Shown: positions 8,722 to 17,148 of the stretch, piece by piece
Position numbering within the stretch: position 1 is the first letter of the stretch
Layout: every line of letters starts with the position of its first letter
Origin: a virus
Lineage: Duplodnaviria > Caudoviricetes
Direction: 5' to 3' (one strand)
DNA length: 55,328 bases
IMG/VR virus record: IMGVR_UViG_3300011269_000004
Span: 1 to 55,328 of that record
Notes under the pieces: generated by a model
Database searches by the model: none
What the model saw: the letters and a program-made list of their open reading frames with translations, nothing else
What the model was told of the DNA's origin: nothing
Program-made: the position numbers and the translations under genes

Positions 8722-8915
8722 GCGAACAGGAGCGACGAGAGTTAGATAAGGCGCTGACCAAGGAAATTACTACGCCGACGCCTTATCTTCATCCGGATGG
8801 GCCGCAGCGTGGACGTAATTTCTTGTTCCTCACGGACTTGGAGCGTGCGGAAATAATCAGACGCCTTGATGAAGTCAGGCTGCAAGTCCTTCGTGACAGG
8901 CGATTCCAAGCATGA
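8718..8915 (+). CDS. Hypothetical protein
   Basis: Coupled chain. Confidence 0.5.
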   Translation: MSEQERRELDKALTKEITTPTPYLHPDGPQRGRNFLFLTDLERAEIIRRLDEVRLQVLRDRRFQA

Positions 8916-9082
8916 GAAAGCGCGACAGCCGCGAAGCACTCGCAGCAGCGATCCGCGAAGAGAAGTCGCTGAATGCCTGCGCGAAACACCCGCGCACCGT
9001 GTACTTTGACGGCCCTGAGTGTCCAGCGTGCGAAGCAGCACGTGAATTTTTAGAGTTGACGAAAAACATGGAAAGGAGGTAG
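8912..9082 (+). CDS. Small Zn-finger-like protein (56 aa, not in ORF track)
   Basis: CAKH...CPAC; ATGA overlap. Confidence 0.55.
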   Translation: MRKRDSREALAAAIREEKSLNACAKHPRTVYFDGPECPACEAAREFLELTKNMERR

Positions 9083-9091
9083 GCTTTTTCG

Positions 9092-9460
9092 CAGGGAGCA
9101 AGTTCCCGCCTGGCTTACGGCGTTCCCACCTAGACCGTAGGCCCGTTGTAAGTCAGGCACTTGTCTCCTAGAGAGCCTACGGTCTAATGGTCAAACCCAT
9201 TTACCAAAAACTTTCCTCTTCGGACTGGCCGGGGAGAGTTGTTCATCTTCACGCTGCGAGAAGGCATCGGGAGTGGGCATCAGGGGTCTGGTGGTCTACC
9301 CTTCAACCTGGCGTGTCCGCTGTTGCCCTCCAGCCGAGCATGAACCTGCTACAGCTCGCCTTAAATCCCCGTTCCTTCAAAGTAGGGTGTAAGTGTCTCT
9401 CCAGCGCTGCCGTACCACCAATGACGCACGGATGCGAAAGAGACAAACGGATGCAGGGGC
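9092..9460 (+). ncRNA. Putative large structured RNA with pseudoknot
   Basis: Hairpin 9094-9169; its loop 9131-9142 is the exact reverse complement of 9175-9186; further stems to about 9445; G-U pairs favour the + strand. Confidence 0.55.
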
Positions 9461-9601
9461 CAGTTTCAAATCACTTTCCTATGCCTATACTTGCGCTGCT
9501 AGTCTTTGCTTGAGGCTTACGCCGCGACATTAATATGTGTTTCGGGTGAACCTTAGAAGCAAAAACTAGAACCAAGAGGGACCAGGGAAGAAGGCGTCTT
9601 T

Positions 9602-10198
9602 ATGCAACAAGAAAGGATACTTATAGTGAGTACATTACACCGAGCACTTAGACCAGATGCGCAAGCATTCGACGAAGTGCGGATTACAACAGTACCGCGC
9701 TACAAGACTTCCGGTATGAGCGGGGACGAATGGCGCATGTCAGCCAAGATTCAGTTCATGCGCAAGGGCCGGGTGGTCCACGAAAGTAGGGCAAGCACAG
9801 TGGAACATGCCTGCGGATTTGTTATGAGTGAGTTTTACAAAGCCTGCGATGAAGGCAAAGCCTACTTCGCCGGGGAAGAGGATTTCTGCGACCAAGAGGG
9901 ATGCTCTGAATTGGCGACGGTGACGTATCGCGTGAAGAAGCGTTTCTCTCGGGACAACCCTTTCGAGTGGAATGAAGAACTCAAAGAACTTACCGTCCGC
10001 AGATTTTGTGCGAAGCATTCTCGACGTGGCGATTGCGCCTTCGATGATGCCGATGCGAACTACGAGTTGCTCTACGGTGAACCGGAGGGGCCAGATGCGA
10101 AAGACATCAGCCCCTCTAGTTTTGGCGGAATCATCCGCATGGAGGGCCAAGATGGAGAGAACCAAACTCCGACTAGCAATACGCCTACAGGAAATTAG
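9602..10198 (+). CDS. Hypothetical protein (Cys/His-rich)
   Basis: 198-aa ORF; CDQEGC, FC.KH..RGDC motifs. Confidence 0.65.
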   Translation: MQQERILIVSTLHRALRPDAQAFDEVRITTVPRYKTSGMSGDEWRMSAKIQFMRKGRVVHESRASTVEHACGFVMSEFYKACDEGKAYFAGEEDFCDQEGCSELATVTYRVKKRFSRDNPFEWNEELKELTVRRFCAKHSRRGDCAFDDADANYELLYGEPEGPDAKDISPSSFGGIIRMEGQDGENQTPTSNTPTGN

Positions 10199-10445
10199 TA
10201 AGACATTAGCTGAACGCGCCGAACAAGGGGAGTTCTCTGACTATGAAAGCGGCCATGCAACCCCTAAAATTGTCTTGGTCGGAGAACTTCAAGAAATCGC
10301 TAACAACAGTGGCATTCCATCACGCTGTCAGAAAGCCCACAATCTCGCAGTGGAAGTGATGGAAGGAAAGTGGGACGAGACGCGCGATGAAGCGGAAGCA
10401 TGGTTTCAGCGCGAAGGGAAAGATTTATTGAGAGGAGACAAGTGA
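10152..10445 (+). CDS. Hypothetical protein
   Basis: GGAGG RBS before ATG 10152. Confidence 0.6.
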   Translation: MERTKLRLAIRLQEISKTLAERAEQGEFSDYESGHATPKIVLVGELQEIANNSGIPSRCQKAHNLAVEVMEGKWDETRDEAEAWFQREGKDLLRGDK

Positions 10446-10609
10446 TGACCGACGAGCACTTCCAGCCAATAGACATCACCGAGACAGTGAGGCCAGAGGA
10501 AGATGAAGGCCACTTCCACGCTTGCCGAGGATGCCGCGATGCCGTGCAATGTTGGTGTGACCATCCCGACGACGATTCAGAAGTGTATTGCGAGGAGTGC
10601 GAAGAATAG
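10442..10609 (+). CDS. Small acidic Cys-rich protein
   Basis: CRGC..CWC..CEEC; GAGGAG RBS. Confidence 0.55.
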   Translation: MMTDEHFQPIDITETVRPEEDEGHFHACRGCRDAVQCWCDHPDDDSEVYCEECEE

Positions 10610-10611
10610 TC

Positions 10612-10640
10612 TTGCAACCGCGTTAGGAAAGGCATAGGCT
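10612..10640 (+). promoter_or_regulatory. Possible sigma70-type promoter
   Basis: TTGCAA-N17-TAGGCT in intergenic gap, followed by a 12-bp stem-loop. Confidence 0.4.
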
Positions 10641-10726
10641 CACGCGCACTGCAGCATTCCAAGAACACGCGACGCTCGGGTTTGGGACTCAAAAGAGGGA
10701 TTCTCGAGCGTCGCTCCTGAAAACAA

Positions 10727-11113
10727 ATGATAAAGCGCAGAACACTTGAACAAGGTTTAATGAAGCAATATGAAGTTTCTGCTCGTCTAGCAAAAACTAG
10801 CCAGCAGGTGTTACGACTGTATGGAATCATCGACAAACTCCATGCCATCTCAGTAAAGAGAAAGCAGGCAGAAATCTCAGTACTTCGTAAGATTCACCGT
10901 AATCTATACAGAATAAGGCCGCAAATCTTAAAAGTAATTAGATTAAAGGAGAAGCAATGGCAAAACTTACCAAGAAAACACTCAAAGATTTCCCCGAGGT
11001 CATGTTCATCGCAAAGAAAGAGGAGGGAGACACTGAATGGTTCAACGCCAACGAAGAAGCTGCCGACTGTATGGACGATGATGGTCCTCAAGTCGTGGCT
11101 CACTACAAACTAG
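10727..11113 (+). CDS. Hypothetical basic protein
   Basis: Fills gap but overlaps the next gene by 157 nt. Confidence 0.35.
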   Translation: MIKRRTLEQGLMKQYEVSARLAKTSQQVLRLYGIIDKLHAISVKRKQAEISVLRKIHRNLYRIRPQILKVIRLKEKQWQNLPRKHSKISPRSCSSQRKRRETLNGSTPTKKLPTVWTMMVLKSWLTTN

Positions 11114-11184
11114 TTGGCGTATACGAACTCCGCAAGACTGTGCGAACAGTTCAATCAATCAATGCAAACGGCAAGAAAATCTAA
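10957..11184 (+). CDS. Hypothetical protein
   Basis: AAGGAG RBS. Confidence 0.65.
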   Translation: MAKLTKKTLKDFPEVMFIAKKEEGDTEWFNANEEAADCMDDDGPQVVAHYKLVGVYELRKTVRTVQSINANGKKI

Positions 11185-11254
11185 ATAAACCGTGATACTC
11201 TCCGCGCAATGCTCGTCCGCTTCTATACCCGAAGCGAACAGAAGAGGAGACAGG

Positions 11255-11602
11255 ATGCCGAAAACAAAAAGAAACGCAGCATCATCGTTGCCGAAACACG
11301 CACCAAAAAGAACAGGGCGGCGCGGTATCAAGCCGCTTGAGACAGAAGCGGGAAGCGCCACGAAGCGACTCCCTGGGATGGAGGATCACCACTTGCCAGA
11401 CTTAGAAGAGGCTGCTCTGAATTACGCGCGCGTCCGTGATGAGCGCATGGCTATGCTCAAGCGCGAACTCGACCTGAAAGACGTGCTCCACACGTTGATG
11501 AAGCGGCACAGTAAGACTCTGTACCGCGTCGAGGAAATGGAAATCAAAGTTGTCGCACGTGATGAGACGGTGAAAGTCAAACTCTTGAAGGACAAAGATT
11601 GA
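11255..11602 (+). CDS. Hypothetical protein
   Basis: GAGGAG RBS before ATG 11255. Confidence 0.65.
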   Translation: MPKTKRNAASSLPKHAPKRTGRRGIKPLETEAGSATKRLPGMEDHHLPDLEEAALNYARVRDERMAMLKRELDLKDVLHTLMKRHSKTLYRVEEMEIKVVARDETVKVKLLKDKD

Positions 11603-11784
11603 AGCACTGGCACATCCAGCTACGCGGCGAGACAGTCGGGACGCTTTCCTGTCCGCAGTGTCTCCCTGACTCGCTTGATTACGTCTTGCGCACTGAGGAA
11701 GGTAAGCTCATCGGAATTTTTACTGGTGCTCCGGGCCTTGTAATAGTAGAGTCTGAATCTCAGCCAAAAGAGGAGGCAATTTGA
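11599..11784 (+). CDS. Hypothetical protein
   Basis: TTGA overlaps on both sides. Confidence 0.45.
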   Translation: MKHWHIQLRGETVGTLSCPQCLPDSLDYVLRTEEGKLIGIFTGAPGLVIVESESQPKEEAI

Positions 11785-12182
11785 TACGAAAAGTTAGGTT
11801 TCTGTCAGTCCCACTGTTGTGCTCGGCATTGCTGTGGCTAGGCTGCGCAGTCCAGCATTCTAAGGCCCCGCAGATCGACGCCAAGACCACCTACGCGTTG
11901 AATCTCGAATCGCAGGTGTCGACGGCAAACAAGGATTATACGACACTGTTTACCGACATCGGCAACGCTCATCGCGCCGGCCAGTTGACAGATGGCGACG
12001 TCGCTTCACTGAATGCCATCGGCAATCATCTTCGCGGCCTTCTCACCGAAGCTGACCGCCTGACCAAAGTCTACGCCACAAATTACGACGCAAATGTTGC
12101 AGCGCAGATCGGCGCATTGCTAGCGCAAATCTCTGTCGACATTACGCAAATCACGAGTCAGAAAGCAGGAGCGAAACGATGA
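11781..12182 (+). CDS. Lipoprotein (possible lysis accessory)
   Basis: Basic N-terminus, hydrophobic core, lipobox-like WLG-C; helical mature region; near endolysin. Confidence 0.7.
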   Translation: MIRKVRFLSVPLLCSALLWLGCAVQHSKAPQIDAKTTYALNLESQVSTANKDYTTLFTDIGNAHRAGQLTDGDVASLNAIGNHLRGLLTEADRLTKVYATNYDANVAAQIGALLAQISVDITQITSQKAGAKR

Positions 12183-12541
12183 GAGCCGAGCAAGCTGCGC
12201 AAATCGCACATGAAGTGAACCGAGCATATTGCCATCGTATAGGCGATGACTCGCAACCGCCTTGGAATGCTGCTCCTGAATGGCAGAAACAATCAGCCAT
12301 CAACGGCATTACGATGCATTGGAAGGTGCTTCATGCAGGTGGCATCGTTCCTCCGTCTGCTTCGCATGATTCTTGGCTAGCCGAAAAGAGAGCGGCTGGC
12401 TGGAAATATGGTCCCGTAAAGGATGCCGAGAAAAAGGAACATCCCTGCTTTGTGCCGTATGATGAATTGCCCGCAGACCAACAGACCAAGGATTATCTGT
12501 TTGGCGCGGTCGCCGCAGCAACATGGAATGGTGGACAATGA
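12179..12541 (+). CDS. RyR domain protein
   Basis: HDSW...K...GWKYGPVKD.EKKEHPC.VPYDELP.DQQ.KD signature. Confidence 0.85.
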   Translation: MRAEQAAQIAHEVNRAYCHRIGDDSQPPWNAAPEWQKQSAINGITMHWKVLHAGGIVPPSASHDSWLAEKRAAGWKYGPVKDAEKKEHPCFVPYDELPADQQTKDYLFGAVAAATWNGGQ

Positions 12542-12738
12542 ACATATCCGCAATCGTTTTCCTTGGCGCCGAACTGTTCAAGCTCGTCTTGAATCACTTG
12601 TCGGCGCAAGGCTCGCTGAACACGCTGACGCAGGCTCAAGCCGAGGCAATGGTGGCAAAGTTGGCTGCCGACCTGCCGAGCCTTTTGCCGACGCCGGAAC
12701 AGTTGGAAAATCCGACACCGCCGCCAGTTACGCAGTAA
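12538..12738 (+). CDS. Small amphipathic hypothetical protein
   Basis: ATGA overlap; hydrophobic N-terminus. Confidence 0.55.
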   Translation: MNISAIVFLGAELFKLVLNHLSAQGSLNTLTQAQAEAMVAKLAADLPSLLPTPEQLENPTPPPVTQ

Positions 12739-12856
12739 ACGCTATCCCCGCTGCCCAGACAAGGGAACGGAGAAAAAGGGAGCTTAGCGCATTTGGACTC
12801 TCGTTGAGTGCCATGCATTAACCCTGCCCAGGTGCGCTACGGCTCTCGGAGTTTGC

Positions 12857-13363
12857 ATGATTCTTTCTGCTGTTCTATCTCAAGACGGCACGTACCGCTA
12901 TAAACTTACGCGTGTATGGCAACCCGAGCTTCCGCCTGTCGTGTTTATCATGCTCAATCCAAGTACGGCTGACGCCATGCGTGACGACCCGACAATCAAA
13001 CGATGCTGCGGTTTCGCGCTGAATTGGGGTTACGGAGGAATCGAAGTCTATAATCTGTTTGCATTCCGGGCGACGCATCCAATTCATCTACAGCGCGATA
13101 CCGCTGTGGGACAAGAAAATGACAGCCATCTCTCAAACATCGAAAAGAACCGAGAAATTATTTGCGCTTGGGGTACGTTCCGCGAATCGCTTGGGCATCG
13201 AGATAAAACGGTAATCGAACTCTTGCTCAGACAACAACCGCGCCATCGCCTGCAATGCTTAGGAATGACGCTGACGGGCTATCCTCGCCATCCAGTGCGC
13301 CTAGCCTATTCCACGAAACGTGAGGATTTTCCACTCATCTCTAAGGAGGATTCAGATGGGTAA
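12857..13363 (+). CDS. DUF1643 family protein
   Basis: YRY.L.R.W, FIMLNPSTADA..DDPTI.RC, NLFAFRAT.P, AWG, G.PRHP motifs. Confidence 0.9.
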   Translation: MILSAVLSQDGTYRYKLTRVWQPELPPVVFIMLNPSTADAMRDDPTIKRCCGFALNWGYGGIEVYNLFAFRATHPIHLQRDTAVGQENDSHLSNIEKNREIICAWGTFRESLGHRDKTVIELLLRQQPRHRLQCLGMTLTGYPRHPVRLAYSTKREDFPLISKEDSDG

Positions 13364-13796
13364 ATCCTTAGACGCACTAGCCTCATACTTCCGTCCTCAA
13401 GTAGATTCCTTCGTCGCAGACTGCCTAGCCGCTGGACTGCCCTTGACGATTGAGGATACCGATCGCGACCAAGCCACCCAAGCCGCAGATATAGCCGCTG
13501 GACGTTCCTGGACGACCCACAGCAAGCATCTCCCGCAGCCACCGGAGATGAGGTCAGAAGCCATAGATTGCGTCCCTATGGCGCTCCTGAGCGTAAAGCA
13601 GTGGGGATGGTACGGGACCATCGAGACTAGCGACCCACGCTGGCTCCAGATGGGCGAGATTGGCGAGAAGAACGGTATGGAGTGGGGCGGGAGATGGCCG
13701 AACAACCCGCCGCACAGTCGTTCGGACCCCGGCCATTTCCAGTTCAAGCCGCCTGACAACTCTGAAACCGTGCAGGAAGTTAGCGCGGAAGGCTAA
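13356..13796 (+). CDS. Endolysin, M15-family peptidoglycan peptidase
   Basis: R....Q, SKH....AID, G.EWGGRW, D.GHFQ motifs; AAGGAGG RBS. Confidence 0.85.
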   Translation: MGKSLDALASYFRPQVDSFVADCLAAGLPLTIEDTDRDQATQAADIAAGRSWTTHSKHLPQPPEMRSEAIDCVPMALLSVKQWGWYGTIETSDPRWLQMGEIGEKNGMEWGGRWPNNPPHSRSDPGHFQFKPPDNSETVQEVSAEG

Positions 13797-13803
13797 CGCA
13801 CGG

Positions 13804-14067
13804 TCATCTGGCCCGTTCGATTCTATCTAATGCCTCAGCGATGGACTTGAGTTTGTTGTCCATCGCGTCGAAACGCTTCTCCCAATACTCCGTACTTTGT
13901 TCTCCGCTTGTCGCAATGCGTGATGGCTGTGACTCAATCATCAAAGGTGACCGCTTTGCCTCATGGTTGTTGCGCCGCAGTGTTTTGATTATCTGGAGCA
14001 CGAGCCACAGCCCTCCCAGGAAAGCAGCCAAGCCGATTGAAAGGGACGCGAGTTTAGATAGATCCAT
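13804..14067 (-). CDS. Single-pass membrane protein (lysis-associated)
   Basis: N-terminal TM helix plus coiled-coil tail; follows holin-like gene. Confidence 0.6.
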   Translation of the reverse strand: MDLSKLASLSIGLAAFLGGLWLVLQIIKTLRRNNHEAKRSPLMIESQPSRIATSGEQSTEYWEKRFDAMDNKLKSIAEALDRIERAR

Positions 14068-14068
14068 G

Positions 14069-14320
14069 TCACGGTTTTGGTGTCGCTACTCCGCCGTTCG
14101 CACCGCGTCTCTCTTCGCCTGTCCATGGAGTGGGATGGGTCTTGAGGTACAAGGCTGCTCCGACACCGCCGCTGATGGCAATGCTCAGTCCTAAATGCTT
14201 CCAGCCACCCGGAGTAGTGACATTGAAGTGCTCGGGGTCTGAAATCATCAAGGTGATGCTGTTAGCAGAGGCCCCGACAAATCCACCGATGACGCCATTC
14301 AACCAAGTTTTCCAGTTCAC
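14069..14320 (-). CDS. Holin-like protein
   Basis: 83 aa, two hydrophobic helices, end of late operon, GGAGG RBS. Confidence 0.6.
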   Translation of the reverse strand: MNWKTWLNGVIGGFVGASANSITLMISDPEHFNVTTPGGWKHLGLSIAISGGVGAALYLKTHPTPWTGEERRGANGGVATPKP

Positions 14321-14334
14321 ACACGCCTCCTTTT

Positions 14335-17148
14335 TTACGGTCCTGCTTTGATGACCCCTCTCCCTGAGATCGAGCCGACCCCGATCACGTTCCCGATTCC
14401 TGTGCCTGATAGTGCCACAGTTTGCGGATTGTTTGCGGCGTTATCTGAGACAGTGAGAGTCGCTAAAACTGGAAGGAGCGTATGCGGCGTGAAGGTCATG
14501 GTGATGGCGCAATTTAGGCCGGCTGCCAAGGATGCAGGACAGTTGTTTGTCTGAGAAAAATCCGCCGTGCCTACAATACTGATGCCGGTGATGGTCAACA
14601 AACTTGTCCCAGTATTAGTGAGTGTGGCTGTTTGACTAGGGCTGGCAAGCCCGATTGCCGAGTTTCCAAAAGCAATAGTGCCGGGAGACAACGAAACATT
14701 TACTGTCTGCGCCCCTGGATCGGCAATCCTGTTCCTTGAAACAATAAGTTCATCGTACCAAGTGAACGCTTGGGTATAAACCAAGGCCAAATTTCTTGTG
14801 TTCCCGGTGTTAGCGGTTAGGGCGACCGTATTCCCGCTTTGGCTGAAGGTAAAGTCGGTCGTGTTGGGCAGGGACGCGATAGCAAGGTTCGTTACATTGA
14901 AAGTTCCCCCGTCAAGCGTCGTTCCCGTGATCGTTACGCGATCCCCGACGATGAAGCATTCCCCTGATTCGTTGTTCAGGTGCCCCATAGTAGCTGGCCC
15001 CGTGCCCAAGCGAACGGTCACAACTCCAGCCGAACGAGCCAGATTAGCAACAGGGAAATCACCAGTGCAACGTCCTGTTTGAAAGGGCGTGAGCCAAATT
15101 TTCCCGTACTTGTTGGGCGGTGTGCTGGTCCTAACCAGGTCGTAGCCGGTCTGGCACGCTGGTTCGCTTACTTGAGTATTCTGGCAGGTTAGTCCCGCAG
15201 AACCCGGCTGTGGGCTGTAGTCCTGAATCAATACAGAGGGTTGGCCTTCCCGCGCACCCCACATCTGAATTGTGCTGTCATGCTTGTATACGCCATTGTT
15301 TGAATACCAAGTTCCGATCTTGATGTGAACCTGGAACGTCATCCACTCGTTCGGGAAGTATCCAAAGCAAGGAAGGACGGGTTGTCCGAAACTATGCTGG
15401 GTAAATAGACATTGTGGGCTGCGCGGACTGTTTTGCAGGTAGAAGTCTGTTGGCGGGGAGCCGATGGGTTCGTACAGCCCCTCATAGGAACTATTCTTTA
15501 TCCCGCAGCTATGGTACATCTGAGAGAGTTGGTTTTGAGATGAATTCTGAACGATTACCCCAATATCCACGCAGGAATTTATACAAGGAGTGCTGAACGA
15601 AGAACTGCATCCCGACCCGGCGATGTCTCCGCCAGTGATTATTGCTTGTTTCCATCCCCCACCTCCGCCTCCGCCAATACGGTTAAAAGTATCTATGAGC
15701 CCATTAGGGCCGCTGAATCTTTGTCGCCACTGAACATAAAACTCACAAGAAGTAGGGGCAATGGCGCAAGAATCAAATTGAGTCAACAAGTCAGGAGAGA
15801 AATTAGCAAAATAAGACCCAGAGGGGCTCTCACTGGAACTCGCAGGCACGCTAAACCTCACGGAGCCCCCGCCAGATGCAAACACACCATTGTCGATTAC
15901 CGGAGCCGTGTCTCCAGTCGTGACGCCCGTGTTGTTGCCAAATACGCCGGAAATCTCCAACGCCGAATCAAATCCTATGCAACGAACTATCCCAGATTGA
16001 GAGCACCGCGATTGGAAGTCTGTCGTGAGCCTCAGTGTAAAGGCATCTTGCATCCAGTCGTTAACCAAAACAAAAATGTTCGAGGTGGGTGAGTAGCGGA
16101 ATCTTCCGAAAGTTCCATTAGCCTGCGGCACCCCCGGTCCACCGGGATAAGTAACCGTGGTGCAGGCATTCGTATCTGGATTGAACAGCAGTATGCTGTT
16201 CCCGCCTGTCCACCCGACCAGTAGCTTTTGTACTGGATCATAGACAATCGCTTGGTCGCTTCCAGTCTTCAGCGCCCCGCAGGTTGTGACCGATGCGCTG
16301 ATGTCGGTCAGCGTGTAGTTTGGGTCGGCACCGGAAATATCTGCCTTAAGTATTTTGCCTCCGCCAAACAAGAAGAACAGTTTCCTGCCGGGGTCGATGA
16401 CCGCTGTACCACCACAGCCTCCTGGAGTGTTCGGCGAAAGTTGCGTGTAGGTATTCGTGCTTCTCACGTAGCGATAGAGAAAGGCTAAATCGTACAGCAA
16501 GACGGAGTTCGTATTAGGATCGTAATCCGAGGCCTCACAAATGCCGGTAGATGGAGCCGTGCCGACAACTGTCACCGGGTCTTTCCTCACCCACGCAGTT
16601 GTGGGGTTGACGATGTTGGAGAGGTCGAGCGTCCAAGTATCTTGAATGCCGCCTCCGCTGCCGCAGGCGAAGGCTCCCCCGAACACAAACATCTTGTCCT
16701 CGGCGGTGCCCATGTACGAAATTCCACCGTATGTGTGGCGAGAGCTTGGCGTCCCATCTGCATAGGCAGGTGTACAAAGAGGACTTGGGTTGGCGGCGTT
16801 GTTTAGGCGGGTTAAAGTTACCGGATTCGCGCCTAGATTCAGAGAATATACTTCATTTCCGTAATAAGCATTATGCCCGCCACCCCAGACAATCAAGCGA
16901 TTGCGGTTTACGTCGAAAATTCCTCCACTCCAGCTTGCTATAACCGCTGAACAGCCCTCAACAGCGCGCCAAGGCTCCGGGGTTACATTGTCTGACAATA
17001 GATCAATACAGATCGCCGAAGAATTCCCAACTTGCGTGCCGCTGTCAGACAAATGCGTGTTGGGCAGTTGCGTCCAACCGAGAGTCTGGCCACACACCGC
17101 GTTCGCCAGCAAAAGAGCCACGACTACAACGAACAAGCCCTTAGTCAT
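14335..17148 (-). CDS. Signal-peptide-bearing multidomain receptor-binding-like protein (Kelch-like propeller, lyase-like beta sandwich, ASH-type Ig domain)
   Basis: MTKGLFVVVVALLLANAVCG-Q leader; WGGGH/FGG repeats; FYVQWRQRF..GWKQ..EWMTFQVHIK; C-terminal FG..SQT.TLTNTGT..L.I..F..TNNC...L..G..C.I...FTP. Confidence 0.75.
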   Translation of the reverse strand: MTKGLFVVVVALLLANAVCGQTLGWTQLPNTHLSDSGTQVGNSSAICIDLLSDNVTPEPWRAVEGCSAVIASWSGGIFDVNRNRLIVWGGGHNAYYGNEVYSLNLGANPVTLTRLNNAANPSPLCTPAYADGTPSSRHTYGGISYMGTAEDKMFVFGGAFACGSGGGIQDTWTLDLSNIVNPTTAWVRKDPVTVVGTAPSTGICEASDYDPNTNSVLLYDLAFLYRYVRSTNTYTQLSPNTPGGCGGTAVIDPGRKLFFLFGGGKILKADISGADPNYTLTDISASVTTCGALKTGSDQAIVYDPVQKLLVGWTGGNSILLFNPDTNACTTVTYPGGPGVPQANGTFGRFRYSPTSNIFVLVNDWMQDAFTLRLTTDFQSRCSQSGIVRCIGFDSALEISGVFGNNTGVTTGDTAPVIDNGVFASGGGSVRFSVPASSSESPSGSYFANFSPDLLTQFDSCAIAPTSCEFYVQWRQRFSGPNGLIDTFNRIGGGGGGGWKQAIITGGDIAGSGCSSSFSTPCINSCVDIGVIVQNSSQNQLSQMYHSCGIKNSSYEGLYEPIGSPPTDFYLQNSPRSPQCLFTQHSFGQPVLPCFGYFPNEWMTFQVHIKIGTWYSNNGVYKHDSTIQMWGAREGQPSVLIQDYSPQPGSAGLTCQNTQVSEPACQTGYDLVRTSTPPNKYGKIWLTPFQTGRCTGDFPVANLARSAGVVTVRLGTGPATMGHLNNESGECFIVGDRVTITGTTLDGGTFNVTNLAIASLPNTTDFTFSQSGNTVALTANTGNTRNLALVYTQAFTWYDELIVSRNRIADPGAQTVNVSLSPGTIAFGNSAIGLASPSQTATLTNTGTSLLTITGISIVGTADFSQTNNCPASLAAGLNCAITMTFTPHTLLPVLATLTVSDNAANNPQTVALSGTGIGNVIGVGSISGRGVIKAGP

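Noticed and set aside
9187-9513. 108-aa ORF as a protein gene
   Set aside because: No clear RBS or protein-like motifs; region better explained by RNA structure, though not excluded
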